Source of the DNA: a virus
Taxonomy: Duplodnaviria; Caudoviricetes
DNA: 60,468 nucleotides
IMG/VR virus record: IMGVR_UViG_3300036793_000054
Span: 1 to 60,468 of that record
Direction: 5' to 3' (one strand)
Shown: piece after piece, positions 43,562 through 52,813 of the stretch
Layout of the letters: the number at the start of each line of letters is the position of its first letter
Numbering within the stretch: the first letter of the stretch is position 1
Notes under the pieces: model-generated
Databases searched by the model: none
What the model was told of the DNA's origin: nothing
The model's input: only the letters and a program-made list of their open reading frames with translations
Made by a program: the position numbers and the translations under genes

Positions 43562-45252
43562 CACCTGCGCCCCTGGGTTCTGGTCGGGATCGTGCCGCCG
43601 CCAGCGCGGCCATTCAGGGACGAGGTGGGCACGCTGCCGCCGGACTGCACGCGTGTGCCGGTGCCGTGGCCGAACAGGTCCAGCTCCAGGTGCACGAACG
43701 CGTCCATCCGGTCCGGGCTCGGCATGCCCTCCTGCCAGGTGGTCAGCACGTGCACCAGGAGCGGGAAGCTGCCGACGAACTTCGTGCGGTCGGATTCCAC
43801 CAGGGGCGCGGCCAGCTTGGCGCGCATGAGCTTCGAGCCCTCCGGCTTGACCGCCCGGATCGGGATGCCCGTCTTCGGCAGCTTGATGATCTTCGAGACG
43901 GTCCACCAGATCTCCCGCAACCGGACCTTGATGTCCTCCAGCTCCTCCGCATCCACCTCCCAACCGCCCGTGGTCAGGCTCAGCGCCGCGCGGTAGATCG
44001 TCTCCTCGTCCGATTCCGCCGGGAAACTCTCGGCCGGTGCGCCCTGCGGGAAAACCGCCTCGAATAGAGCCATCGCATCGCGGCGCAGATCCCGCCAGGC
44101 CTCGCGTCCACGCCGCTGCAGGCCGGACAGCGACTGCTCGTAGCAGACCTCGACAGCGCTCCAGCGCAGCGCGGCCAGGAAGGCGACACGGAACCACCGC
44201 GACACCGTCATGTGCCCGCTGTCGTCGGCCAGGATGTAGGCCTTCCCGTCCTCGCCGAGACCGGCCGTGATGATGCCCGCCTCATCGCCACTGCCCTCGT
44301 TGTCAGCAGGGTCCACCATGGTCAGCACCTTGACCAGCGCGGGCGCTCGGTCCACCTGGTTGCGGGAGATCCAGGCCGCCTTGTAGACGCCACCTTCGAC
44401 CGGCGAAGGCCTGCCCTGGTACAGCGCGGCGAACACGCGCTCACCCACGTCCTTGCGGGTTTCCAGCCAGTCCGATTCGGTACGGCCACGGGTGGAGGTC
44501 AGCCACACACCAGGCTTGCGGTCCAGCGCGTCCGGCGTCTTGCCGTCCGCCAGCGCTGGAATGTTGGTCAACGGCCAGCCCTCGGCGATCCGGTTGCCCG
44601 CGATGTCGGCCTGCGACCACCGGGTCTGGGTGACGATCACGCTGGCCGAGGGGGTGAGCCGGGTGCGAGCCACCGCCTTCCACCAGCCCTCCTGCGCTTC
44701 CAGGATCTTGACCGAGTCGGCTTCCTTCTGGCCTGCTAGCGGGTCGTCAATGATCATGAAGTCGACCGGTCGGCCGGTCAGTGCGCCGCCGATGCCCACC
44801 GACACCATGCCGCCCTGGTGACCCTCCAGCAGCCACTCCGACGCCAGCGCCTTGTCCCGGCTCACCTCGAGCCCCAGTTCTTCGCCGTGCGTGCGGATCA
44901 TCGACCGCACGAACACGCCGGACACGCGGGCGATCTGCGCCTGGTAGCTGATGTAGGCGATCCGCAGGTCCGGGTTCGCCACCAGCGCCCGCAGGCAGAA
45001 CCACCGCAGCAGCGTCGACTTGCCCTCCTGCGGCGGCATCGACAGCACCGCCCGGCCAGCCCGGTCCTCCTGTGCCACGCGCATCGCCTCGGCCAACACC
45101 TCCAGTCCCGGCGTGACCACGGTCGTGTAGTCCAGGTGCTGGGCGAGATCCAGCGCGGACGGGAACTGCGCCAGCGCCTGCTTGCGCCGCGATTCCGGCG
45201 AGTCGTCCTTGCCCTCGAGTCGATCGGCCGCGCGGTCCAGGTAGGTGGTCAT
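43558..45252 (-). CDS. terL: Terminase large subunit
   Basis: Walker A MPPQEGKS, GGALTGRP, Walker B FMIIDDP, QTRW, nuclease VDPA and SPDRMDA. Confidence 0.95.
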   Translation of the reverse strand: MTTYLDRAADRLEGKDDSPESRRKQALAQFPSALDLAQHLDYTTVVTPGLEVLAEAMRVAQEDRAGRAVLSMPPQEGKSTLLRWFCLRALVANPDLRIAYISYQAQIARVSGVFVRSMIRTHGEELGLEVSRDKALASEWLLEGHQGGMVSVGIGGALTGRPVDFMIIDDPLAGQKEADSVKILEAQEGWWKAVARTRLTPSASVIVTQTRWSQADIAGNRIAEGWPLTNIPALADGKTPDALDRKPGVWLTSTRGRTESDWLETRKDVGERVFAALYQGRPSPVEGGVYKAAWISRNQVDRAPALVKVLTMVDPADNEGSGDEAGIITAGLGEDGKAYILADDSGHMTVSRWFRVAFLAALRWSAVEVCYEQSLSGLQRRGREAWRDLRRDAMALFEAVFPQGAPAESFPAESDEETIYRAALSLTTGGWEVDAEELEDIKVRLREIWWTVSKIIKLPKTGIPIRAVKPEGSKLMRAKLAAPLVESDRTKFVGSFPLLVHVLTTWQEGMPSPDRMDAFVHLELDLFGHGTGTRVQSGGSVPTSSLNGRAGGGTIPTRTQGRRW

Positions 45253-45932
45253 GCTGCCGCCAGTTTGCGAATCTCCGCACCGGCCGCCGCCCGCGCGCTC
45301 TCCATCTTGTCCGGCGGAACCCCCGCCGCCCGCAGTGCGGCCTCCACCGCCTTGACCACGATCGCCGCCTTCTGCTCCTCGATGCGCACCAGGCGTTCGT
45401 CGATGTTGAGTCGGCCGATCGCGACCAGCAGCCGGGCGGCATCGTTCATGGCGCGCTCATACAGCACCACCTCGCCCCGAATCTGCTCGTGCCTGCCCTC
45501 ATCGTCGAAGGTCGAATAGCGCAGGTTGGTCAGGTGGGCGACGTGCGCGGCCATGATGTCTTTCCAGCGCAGTGCCTCACCGGCCAGGCGCGCGAGCTCC
45601 TCCAGCGGATTGTCCACGGGGGTCGCGGCACTGTTGACCTGTTCCAGTTCGCGGGTCGCGCGCGCGGTCAGCTCGAGCTCGGCGGCGCGCTTGCGGACGT
45701 TGGGCGAGTTGCCGAAGTGCAGCTTGCAGGGTCCGTACCCGGCGTGGTCGGTGCCCCATCCGGCGGGCCGGTGGCAGAGGCCTTTGGCTTTGCCGCCCTT
45801 GCTGTGGCAGAAGCGACTACCCGGTTTGTCCGGATGGGTGCAGTTGCCGTCCTTGTCCTTCAGGGTGTTCCTGGACAGCTTGTAGCCACGCGGATTGTCC
45901 GGCGATGGTCCAGGCGTGTGATCATCAGCCAT
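45249..45932 (-). CDS. Putative terminase small subunit (leaderless)
   Basis: Directly upstream of terL; C...C..PAGWGTDH.G.G.CKLH.G motif then helical region. Confidence 0.7.
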   Translation of the reverse strand: MADDHTPGPSPDNPRGYKLSRNTLKDKDGNCTHPDKPGSRFCHSKGGKAKGLCHRPAGWGTDHAGYGPCKLHFGNSPNVRKRAAELELTARATRELEQVNSAATPVDNPLEELARLAGEALRWKDIMAAHVAHLTNLRYSTFDDEGRHEQIRGEVVLYERAMNDAARLLVAIGRLNIDERLVRIEEQKAAIVVKAVEAALRAAGVPPDKMESARAAAGAEIRKLAAA

Positions 45933-45938
45933 GCGCGC

Positions 45939-45968
45939 ATGGTAACCCCAGTTCTAACCGGGTGACAC
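45939..45968 (-). promoter_or_regulatory. Repeated promoter/operator, copy 14 (variant)
   Basis: GTGTCA-CCCGGTTAGAACTGGGGT-TACCAT; ATG 6 nt later. Confidence 0.7.
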
Positions 45969-45985
45969 CAAGCGAAATGTAACGG

Positions 45986-46306
45986 TCAGGCGGACACGTA
46001 CCGCGCGGCAAACTGATCATTGGTGTAATGGTTGCTGGGAGTGACCACGCCAGTCCAGCCAGCGAACGTGCCCCAGTAGGCCGGACTCACGATCCAGTCG
46101 CCCACCGCGATCTTGTAGGCCGGGAACGCGCCGCTGGCGATCGACACGCTGCCGTCCGCGTTCGCCAGCGCCTGGACCATCGAGCCCTGCGCCCAGCCAC
46201 CATCGCCATGGATGAAGCCCAGGGCGGTCAGAAAGTCCTGCTGCGCGGTCGCGCCACTGCCGAGCTGGACCGCTTCGAAGTGCGGCGCGTTCTGGGTGTA
46301 GGTCAC
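45986..46306 (-). CDS. Hypothetical protein, possibly virion-associated
   Basis: GTGA overlap with fibre-like gene. Confidence 0.6.
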   Translation of the reverse strand: MTYTQNAPHFEAVQLGSGATAQQDFLTALGFIHGDGGWAQGSMVQALANADGSVSIASGAFPAYKIAVGDWIVSPAYWGTFAGWTGVVTPSNHYTNDQFAARYVSA

Positions 46307-46836
46307 GTTCCGATGTCCCTTACCGTCAAGACGCTCGGACGCACCGAGCCGTCACCCCATCGACTGTTGCCGCTACCCGCGTTGGTCAGCGCGAACAATC
46401 CCACCGACACGGTGCCCGCCGTGAACACGCCGGGCTCCTCGATCATGCCGTACACCTGCTGCCCGAAGCCTTGGGTGGTGCAGCAGGGCACCTCCAGGAT
46501 GATCGCGCCGTTGGCCACAGTCACCGTCGCACCCGCCACCCAGCGCACCCGGTACATGACCGCATTGCCGGTGTCGTTGTTGAGCACGCCGGACGCGCGC
46601 ACCTCGTAGCGCCGACCGGCAACAGCGGTGAAGCTGATCTGTCCGATCTTCACTTCGCCGCTGGCCGAGGTGATCACCTGGGCTGCCGAGGTGTCCTGCA
46701 GCGTGCCCATCCGGCCGATGCCCGGACCGCTATCCACGTAGCCCTTGGTCGCGGCATCCGTGCTCGCACTCGGGGTGAGCACATTGATGATCTTCTGCAG
46801 CCCCATGTCCAGCGAGCTCAGGAACTTCCGCGCCAC
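46303..46836 (-). CDS. Fibre/minor virion protein
   Basis: LDMGLQKIINVLTP...DAATKGYVD fibre-type motif, beta-rich C-terminus. Confidence 0.65.
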   Translation of the reverse strand: MARKFLSSLDMGLQKIINVLTPSASTDAATKGYVDSGPGIGRMGTLQDTSAAQVITSASGEVKIGQISFTAVAGRRYEVRASGVLNNDTGNAVMYRVRWVAGATVTVANGAIILEVPCCTTQGFGQQVYGMIEEPGVFTAGTVSVGLFALTNAGSGNSRWGDGSVRPSVLTVRDIGT

Positions 46837-46839
46837 GGC

Positions 46840-47913
46840 TCAGCCAATCAGCGTGTAGTTGTAGGTCCCGGTCGGTGGTGCCGTCGCGGCCACGAAGCTC
46901 CCCGCGTTCGCGGTGCTCGGCTGGAACTCCAAGTCGTATTCCTGGGTGCCGTTGTAGACCACCCACAGCGGCGCCAGGTTGTTCAGGTTGTGCGTCACGG
47001 CGAAGGTGGTCGTGGTGCCGTTGCCGGTGAACGTGCCGGTGAACTTCGTGGCCGCGATCGTCTTGTCCAGCGCGATGCCGCCCGCGCCGACACTCAGTCC
47101 ACCGGCCGCCGCCGCGACCGCCGCGATCACACCAGCGGTCAGGCTGATCCCGTTGCCCGCCGTGAGGGTGACCGGGCTCAGCACCCGGATCCAGGTCTGG
47201 GCGTCGGTGCCGAGCACGATCGCGCCCTGGCTGCCGGTGCCGGTCGCGGTCTGCATCCAGATCGTGTTGGGGTTGCTGCCGTCCTCGCCGCCGATCACCA
47301 CCATCGTGCCGGGCATAATCGAGCCCGTGGTGTTGGCGTCGGCCGAGCGGGTCAGGGCCGAGGTGGCGCCGTTCCAGACGTAGATGCCGTCCTGAGTGTT
47401 GGTGGACTGCGCCGCCAGCAGCACGCGATCACCCGCCACCATCGCGTGACCGGAGATGGTGGCACCCGGCGACGCGGTGTTGATGTTGACGGTGGCGACG
47501 ACCTGCCCCTGCTGTTCCTTGATGTCCATCCCGGTCTGGATGTTCGCTAGCGCCGCGTTGAACTGGGTGTACTCGACAGCCTGTCCGGAACCAGACGCCG
47601 TCCCCAGGCTGGAGAACTGCTGCCCAGCCATCGCGACCGCAGCGTTCGGCGCCGTCATGCTCGCCCACCGCAGCGCCTGGACGGCCGCTGTGAAGTCGCT
47701 GATGTGTGTGTGGTCGGTCGAACCAGTCGCCGAGCCGAGATCCTTCAGATCGATGGTGGCGCCGTTGATCTGCACCTTGACCGCGTGACCGGACGAGTCG
47801 TACCAGATCCGCGAGTCGGCCGGGCTGGACGGATTGCCCGCCACGTTCTCCAGCAGCGCGGTCAACAGCTGGTTGCCGGTCAGATCAACATTGGTGAGAA
47901 ATTTCCGGGACAC
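46840..47913 (-). CDS. Fibre/minor virion protein
   Basis: AGDRVLLAAQSTNTQDGIYVW, LTRSADA, VTHNL motifs. Confidence 0.7.
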   Translation of the reverse strand: MSRKFLTNVDLTGNQLLTALLENVAGNPSSPADSRIWYDSSGHAVKVQINGATIDLKDLGSATGSTDHTHISDFTAAVQALRWASMTAPNAAVAMAGQQFSSLGTASGSGQAVEYTQFNAALANIQTGMDIKEQQGQVVATVNINTASPGATISGHAMVAGDRVLLAAQSTNTQDGIYVWNGATSALTRSADANTTGSIMPGTMVVIGGEDGSNPNTIWMQTATGTGSQGAIVLGTDAQTWIRVLSPVTLTAGNGISLTAGVIAAVAAAAGGLSVGAGGIALDKTIAATKFTGTFTGNGTTTTFAVTHNLNNLAPLWVVYNGTQEYDLEFQPSTANAGSFVAATAPPTGTYNYTLIG

Positions 47914-47928
47914 GAGGCCCCCTCCTTG

Positions 47929-48486
47929 TCAGGACAGCCAGGCAGTACCGCTGAGCGCGGCGCTGAAGGTGAGGGTCAGGTTGTTGGTGTCCACATAGGT
48001 CAGGCTGTCCTCTTCGATCAGCCCACCGTCCAGGTCGAAGATCTTCAGACCGGCCGGATTGAAGCCGAGGTTGTGCGGGATTGACCAGGTGTTTCTCGGC
48101 GTTTGCTGCTGCCACTCGAACCAGATGCCCTTGATCTGGACCGGCCCACCCGGGTTGCTGTCCGGCGGGATCGGCACCAGCAGATCGCGCAGCTGATATG
48201 GACCGCCGCCCTCCGGCACCGAGATCGGCCACACCAGGCCGCCGGGCACACACGACTCGTCCACCGCGTAGTAGGTGCCGGTCTGCTCCAGCTCGCTGTT
48301 CGGAGTCAGCTCCGCGACCCAGACGCCGTTGGTGTCGGTGTCTACCGCGACCTGGGACACGATCTCGCCGGTCCCGTTGAGCAGGTACGGGTTCAGTGGG
48401 CAGATCAACCGGATCCGCACGGTCACGTCCTGCAGCGGGCGCCCGCTGGCGTCCGTCAGTGTGTTGGTGACCTCAACCGTCGACAC
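47929..48486 (-). CDS. Minor virion protein (BppU-like N-terminus)
   Basis: LTDASGRP...ELTPNS...TYYAVDE; WSIPHNLGFNP. Confidence 0.6.
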   Translation of the reverse strand: MSTVEVTNTLTDASGRPLQDVTVRIRLICPLNPYLLNGTGEIVSQVAVDTDTNGVWVAELTPNSELEQTGTYYAVDESCVPGGLVWPISVPEGGGPYQLRDLLVPIPPDSNPGGPVQIKGIWFEWQQQTPRNTWSIPHNLGFNPAGLKIFDLDGGLIEEDSLTYVDTNNLTLTFSAALSGTAWLS

Positions 48487-48531
48487 GTCCGCAGGCTAAC
48501 CGGTGACTGCGATTGCGGACCCCGGACATGC

Positions 48532-48566
48532 GAGAGCCCCCCGGTTCCCGAGACCAGGGGGCTCTC
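48532..48566. terminator. Stem-loop
   Basis: GAGAGCCCCC/GGGGGCTCTC. Confidence 0.6.
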
Positions 48567-48617
48567 CGACCCACGTTCCCCAACGCCAACGCAGGCTAGC
48601 GCACAGTGCCGACAGTT

Positions 48618-48974
48618 CTACCGGTACTGCAGGATCTGACGGACCTGATCCCAGTCGCACGGTCGCCACAGGTAGCCCTGCGATCCGGCCGAGTCCAGCC
48701 ACGCCTGCTGATCCAGCGTCGGCTTGTCGGTGTCGGTCTTCAGTTCGGCCAGCAGCACCACGCCACGACGCGCCAAGATCAGGTCCGGCAGGCCGCTGTG
48801 CCCTTCGTACGGAGTCCGCCAGCCGTGCGCGGTGCGCGCCGGGCGAACGTGGCAGATGCGCCAGCCGAACACCTTCGCGGTGTCGATCACGCGCGCCTTC
48901 CACTCGTCCTCCGACAGTGCCCGCCCCGGCGCCGCCACCGGAGTCAGCCCCGGTCGCGTTTTGGTCGCCCTCAC
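48618..48974 (-). CDS. VRR-NUC-like PD-(D/E)xK nuclease
   Basis: GLPDLIL...AELK...QQAWL...WRP; GTGA overlap. Confidence 0.85.
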   Translation of the reverse strand: MRATKTRPGLTPVAAPGRALSEDEWKARVIDTAKVFGWRICHVRPARTAHGWRTPYEGHSGLPDLILARRGVVLLAELKTDTDKPTLDQQAWLDSAGSQGYLWRPCDWDQVRQILQYR

Positions 48975-49894
48975 CGGCTCGCCAGTTCGATGCAACCATC
49001 GAGCTCCTGGCCGCCCTGCGCTGTCCAGTCCACCGTCAAGCCCGTGCTGCCCGAAGGCAGCTGGCGGAACACCCGCGTGTTGTTCGCGATCGCGATCGTC
49101 TCCGACCCGAGTGACTCCGCCTGGTCGTTCAGGAAGTTCAGGAACACGCTCACCTCGCCAGCGTCCGGCACGTACAGGGCGCGCAGGGAGACGAAGCCGT
49201 CCGAGAAATAGCTGCTCGCCGTGCCCACGGTGTAGGTGGCGAACGCGCGTCCCGCCGCGCTGTCGACCTTGATGGGCAGAACCGCGTTCGACATGTCGAT
49301 CTCCTCGGCATTGTTGGCTGCGCCCGCAGGCGTGTTGATCTGGTCGTTGATATCGCAAGCGATCCCGCTGACCACCTGCTCGGTGATTCCGGCGTTGCGC
49401 TGCCAGAACGTCACCCACTGGCGCTGTGCGTTCGACGGGGCCGTCCCGCACAGCCACCACCAGGAACCCAGGCCAGCATCGTGCGCGGCCTGGGTGAACT
49501 CGCTGAACCCGTACGCACCGGTCCGCGCGCGGCCAAGAGCGGCCTGGAAGCCACGGAGGTAGTTCAGCGCCGTTGGCACCTGGCTGGCGTTCAGGTGCAT
49601 GTCCACCGAGGCCGCAATGCTGACCGAGGTGGGGATGCCGCAGTTGTGCGCGTCGATCGCGGCGGCCTGCGCGTTCGACACACCCGCGTTGTAGCCGCCC
49701 GCCCAGTCCGTGGTGCCCAGCTCATACACGAGCAGCACCTGCAGGCCGTGCGCCACCAGATCCGCGTACTCGGCCGCCGTGATGTTCTTGGTGTGCCCTG
49801 GCGTACCCACGTAGCGGATCACGCCCGTGAAGCCAACCGACCGCAGTGCGGCGCCGCCTGGTCGGCCAGCGGAGTAGTCCGCCCAGATCGTCAT
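48971..49894 (-). CDS. Endolysin, DUF1906/GH25-like glycoside hydrolase
   Basis: DYS...GVIRY...KNIT..E...LVYE...SVD...GAYG...CDIN; ACCGAGGAGG RBS. Confidence 0.8.
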   Translation of the reverse strand: MTIWADYSAGRPGGAALRSVGFTGVIRYVGTPGHTKNITAAEYADLVAHGLQVLLVYELGTTDWAGGYNAGVSNAQAAAIDAHNCGIPTSVSIAASVDMHLNASQVPTALNYLRGFQAALGRARTGAYGFSEFTQAAHDAGLGSWWWLCGTAPSNAQRQWVTFWQRNAGITEQVVSGIACDINDQINTPAGAANNAEEIDMSNAVLPIKVDSAAGRAFATYTVGTASSYFSDGFVSLRALYVPDAGEVSVFLNFLNDQAESLGSETIAIANNTRVFRQLPSGSTGLTVDWTAQGGQELDGCIELASR

Positions 49895-49943
49895 GTGCTC
49901 CTCCTCGGTTGCCCGCACGGTAACCCCGCCGGGCAGTTGCGGG

Positions 49944-51227
49944 TCACAGGTTCGCCCAGTCCGCGACCATGCCGTAGTAGTCCGGATCGGTGGGGATCCA
50001 GGACAGCCGTCCCGCCGTGGCCTTGCTGAGCCGGGTCGGCCACATGCGTTCGTCGCGGGCGCCACGCCAGCTCACCACATCCGCCGTGTCCTCCCGATCC
50101 TCCTTGCTGCGGCGCAGGCCCAGGCCGAACTCCGGCCAGCCGAGCAGTAGCGAGGAGCCACGCGGCGCCATCTTGCGAGCGCCGTCCGCCTCGGCCTTGC
50201 CCGCGTGCGCCTCGGTGATGATCGCGCAGCCGTGCCGGTCCCGGATGTCGTCCAGTGTCGCCGTGACCGCGCGCAGCGCCTGGCTGCTGTTCTCGTCCTC
50301 GCGATGCAGCTTGTAGAGCGGGCCGATCACCAGCATGTCGGGGGTCGCGGCCGACACGTAGCGCTCCAGCCAGCTCACGTCCTGCGGGTTCATCAGGTTC
50401 AAGCCGCCCGGACGGAACTCGATCGCCAGCTGCTTGGACCAGTCCAGCGGCTCGGCACCGTCCATGATCCGGCAGTTGTTGATCCCCGCCTTGATCCGGG
50501 AGTACCGGCGCACCGACTGCATCTTGCTGTTCTCGCAGTCCACCACCGCGACCCGCAGATCCTCGTCCAGCACGCCGCCCGTGAACGGGTGCACCGCGCC
50601 CGCCACCGCGCACGCCAGCTGGGAGATCAGCTCCGACTTGCCGAAGCCCTCGTCACCGGTCAGCAGCAGCCGGTCACCACGCTCCAGCAGCCCCGGCACC
50701 AGCCAGTCGTATTGGAACTCCTGCGCCAGGAACTCGTCCAGGTAGGTGACCTTCATCGACGACGCGCAGCCCGCCATGTCGGAGACCTCGTCCACCGCGC
50801 CCTTCAGATCCGCGCTGGCCTCGGCGAGGTACTCGGTCTCGCCGGAGTCCCAGGCCGCATCGAGACGCTGCAGCACGCGCGTGATCCGCTCGGCCAGGTG
50901 GCGCCGCCCATACAGCTCGCACACTCGATCCGCGTAGTGCTCGGCCGCCGCCGCGACCGGCGCCATGTGCGAGAGCTGCGCCACGTAGGTCGGATCGATC
51001 CGGGAGACGAGACCCTGATCCATCAGCGCGGACACCACCGTGGACAAGTCGACCGGGATCCGCTTGGCCACCATGTCGCGGATCACGTCGGCGAGCATCT
51101 TGTGCCGCTCGCTGTAGTAGGCATCGGGGGGGACGGCCAGGAACGCGGTGCGGATCGCGGTCTCATTGTCGATCATCGAGCCGAGCAGGAACTGTTCCGC
51201 CAGCGCGTCGTGTGCATTGATGCTCAT
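49944..51227 (-). CDS. Replicative helicase (DnaB N-domain plus RecA/AAA_25 domain)
   Basis: AEQFLLGSMI N-terminus; YDWLVPGLL, Walker A GDEGFGKS, VDCEN, RGSS. Confidence 0.85.
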   Translation of the reverse strand: MSINAHDALAEQFLLGSMIDNETAIRTAFLAVPPDAYYSERHKMLADVIRDMVAKRIPVDLSTVVSALMDQGLVSRIDPTYVAQLSHMAPVAAAAEHYADRVCELYGRRHLAERITRVLQRLDAAWDSGETEYLAEASADLKGAVDEVSDMAGCASSMKVTYLDEFLAQEFQYDWLVPGLLERGDRLLLTGDEGFGKSELISQLACAVAGAVHPFTGGVLDEDLRVAVVDCENSKMQSVRRYSRIKAGINNCRIMDGAEPLDWSKQLAIEFRPGGLNLMNPQDVSWLERYVSAATPDMLVIGPLYKLHREDENSSQALRAVTATLDDIRDRHGCAIITEAHAGKAEADGARKMAPRGSSLLLGWPEFGLGLRRSKEDREDTADVVSWRGARDERMWPTRLSKATAGRLSWIPTDPDYYGMVADWANL

Positions 51228-52132
51228 ATGTCCAAGACCTCTCCGTGGTGGCCGTACACGATCTTGTGCCCGTAGCTGTCGAACACTGGCCTGCCGCGCC
51301 CATCCACCGCAGCATGATCGGCCACCGCCGCAGTCGGGCTGTGCGTCGGCCGCTTCGGGCCACCCAGCAGCGTGTTGCGCAGCCGCTCGCCGGTCAGCGT
51401 CCAGTTGTTCTCTGCGATGAACGCCAGCGCGCCGGACACGGACTGGTCCGCGAAGTCGTTCTCCAGCGCGCGGCGGATGATCTTCATGAACGCGGGCACG
51501 TTCCCCGTCTTGCCCAGCCGCTCGTAATGCTCCTGCGCCAGCCGAGTCGCCCGCTGGTTCAGGGTCAGCGGCTTCTTCTCCTGGCTGTCTTTGGTCTCGG
51601 GGACGGCTTCAGGGACGGCCTGGAATAGAGCCGACTGCCCGGTGAGCTTGCTCGCCGGATCTTCTTGATCAGTCTTCTTAAATCCTTCTTCTACTATCGA
51701 CGGGTTTTCAGGCGATGACTTTCCAGTCGATGAAACGACCTGCGGTTTTGCACCGTTCTCGCCGGTCGGCTTCGTTGACGGGTTTTCCGTCGATGTAAAC
51801 CCCGTCAATGGGCGCGCGATCGGGTCGTCGGTGATGTGCCAGACCCAGCGCCAGGAGGACTTGCCTGCGCTGATCCGCTCGCGATGAAGGTAGCCAGCGG
51901 TCTCCAGCTCGCGCAGCCCACTGCTCACCGCGTCGCGCCCTTCGACCATGGATCGATCGAGCTGCTCACGGGACATCTGCCAGCCGGACTCCGGCAGCGA
52001 GAGGAAGTAGCCGAGCAGGCATCGCGCGGTTGCCCGCAGCGGTACCGGCAGCTTGCCGCGCAAGAACGCGTTGGTGACGATCTGGAAGTCTCTCGCCGGT
52101 ACCGGGCCGATGGAGACGGCGAACTCGGTCAT
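51224..52132 (-). CDS. Replication initiator (HTH Rep), 302 aa
   Basis: FQIVTN...ARCLLGYFLSLP..W...EGRDAVSSGLRELETAGYL; repetitive ENPS linker; upstream of helicase. Confidence 0.8.
   Translation of the reverse strand: MTEFAVSIGPVPARDFQIVTNAFLRGKLPVPLRATARCLLGYFLSLPESGWQMSREQLDRSMVEGRDAVSSGLRELETAGYLHRERISAGKSSWRWVWHITDDPIARPLTGFTSTENPSTKPTGENGAKPQVVSSTGKSSPENPSIVEEGFKKTDQEDPASKLTGQSALFQAVPEAVPETKDSQEKKPLTLNQRATRLAQEHYERLGKTGNVPAFMKIIRRALENDFADQSVSGALAFIAENNWTLTGERLRNTLLGGPKRPTHSPTAAVADHAAVDGRGRPVFDSYGHKIVYGHHGEVLDI
51661..51806. other. Candidate replication origin inside rep
   Basis: GACGGGTTTTC at 51699 and 51777 beside AT-rich 51661-51698. Confidence 0.55.
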
Positions 52133-52485
52133 GCCGCAGCCGCCTTCCAGGATCGGTACCTGGCGATATTGCAGGCCGAGCACACTAGTTCGTAATTGTG
52201 CAAAGCATCCGGACCGCCTGCTGATTTCGGCACAACGTGATCAACTTCAGCCCAGGTGAATCCTGGCATTGGAACCCAGCCAGCATCCCCCGCAACGCGA
52301 ACACGTCCCATGTTCGTCGGCTGTGCGTAAATCTTGCACCAGCCCTCGCCCTCGAAAAACTCCCACCAGCCGGGCATCTCAATCACTGTGTCGGGCAGGC
52401 TGGGATGCGCGAGTGGCGCCTGGCAATCCGTGCATTTGTTGCCGTACTTCTTGATCAGAATCGGCGCAGCCTGACTGGTCCTCAT
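52129..52485 (-). CDS. HNH endonuclease
   Basis: CTDC...VDHVVPKSAGG...NYELVCSACN. Confidence 0.85.
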   Translation of the reverse strand: MRTSQAAPILIKKYGNKCTDCQAPLAHPSLPDTVIEMPGWWEFFEGEGWCKIYAQPTNMGRVRVAGDAGWVPMPGFTWAEVDHVVPKSAGGPDALHNYELVCSACNIARYRSWKAAAA

Positions 52486-52703
52486 GCCGCGCCGCCGGTC
52501 AGGTAGGCCGCGAAGTCGGCACACTCCTGCTCGGTCAGCAAGGCCTTCGCCGAGCGGATGCAGGCCGCGAGGTCGAACGCGGCGGCGGCGCGATCCAGAT
52601 CACTGCCCGAAAAGTGCGGTAGTGGGTCGCCTGCCGCGAGAATCGCCGAGGTTGCCAGTGCTGCCGTGTCGCCCGTAACGGGCTGGGTTGCTACTATGTT
52701 CAT
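52482..52703 (-). CDS. Hypothetical protein
   Basis: AGGAG RBS; ATGA overlap. Confidence 0.6.
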   Translation of the reverse strand: MNIVATQPVTGDTAALATSAILAAGDPLPHFSGSDLDRAAAAFDLAACIRSAKALLTEQECADFAAYLTGGAA

Positions 52704-52784
52704 GTTCTGCTCCTGGGTGAGAACGGTTTCATGTTCTGCTTTCCTGGGTTGCGGGATCGGCCTGCCAGCCGCTTGATGAGCATT

Positions 52785-52813
52785 CGACCCCCGGACTAGC
52801 CACCCGGGGGTCG
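52785..52813. terminator. Stem-loop upstream of HNH-rep-helicase genes
   Basis: CGACCCCCGG-9nt-CCGGGGGTCG. Confidence 0.6.

Noticed and set aside
52129-52485. Lower-GC HNH as part of an intron or defence system
   Set aside because: Flanking genes are intact and ATGA-coupled; ordinary free-standing HNH
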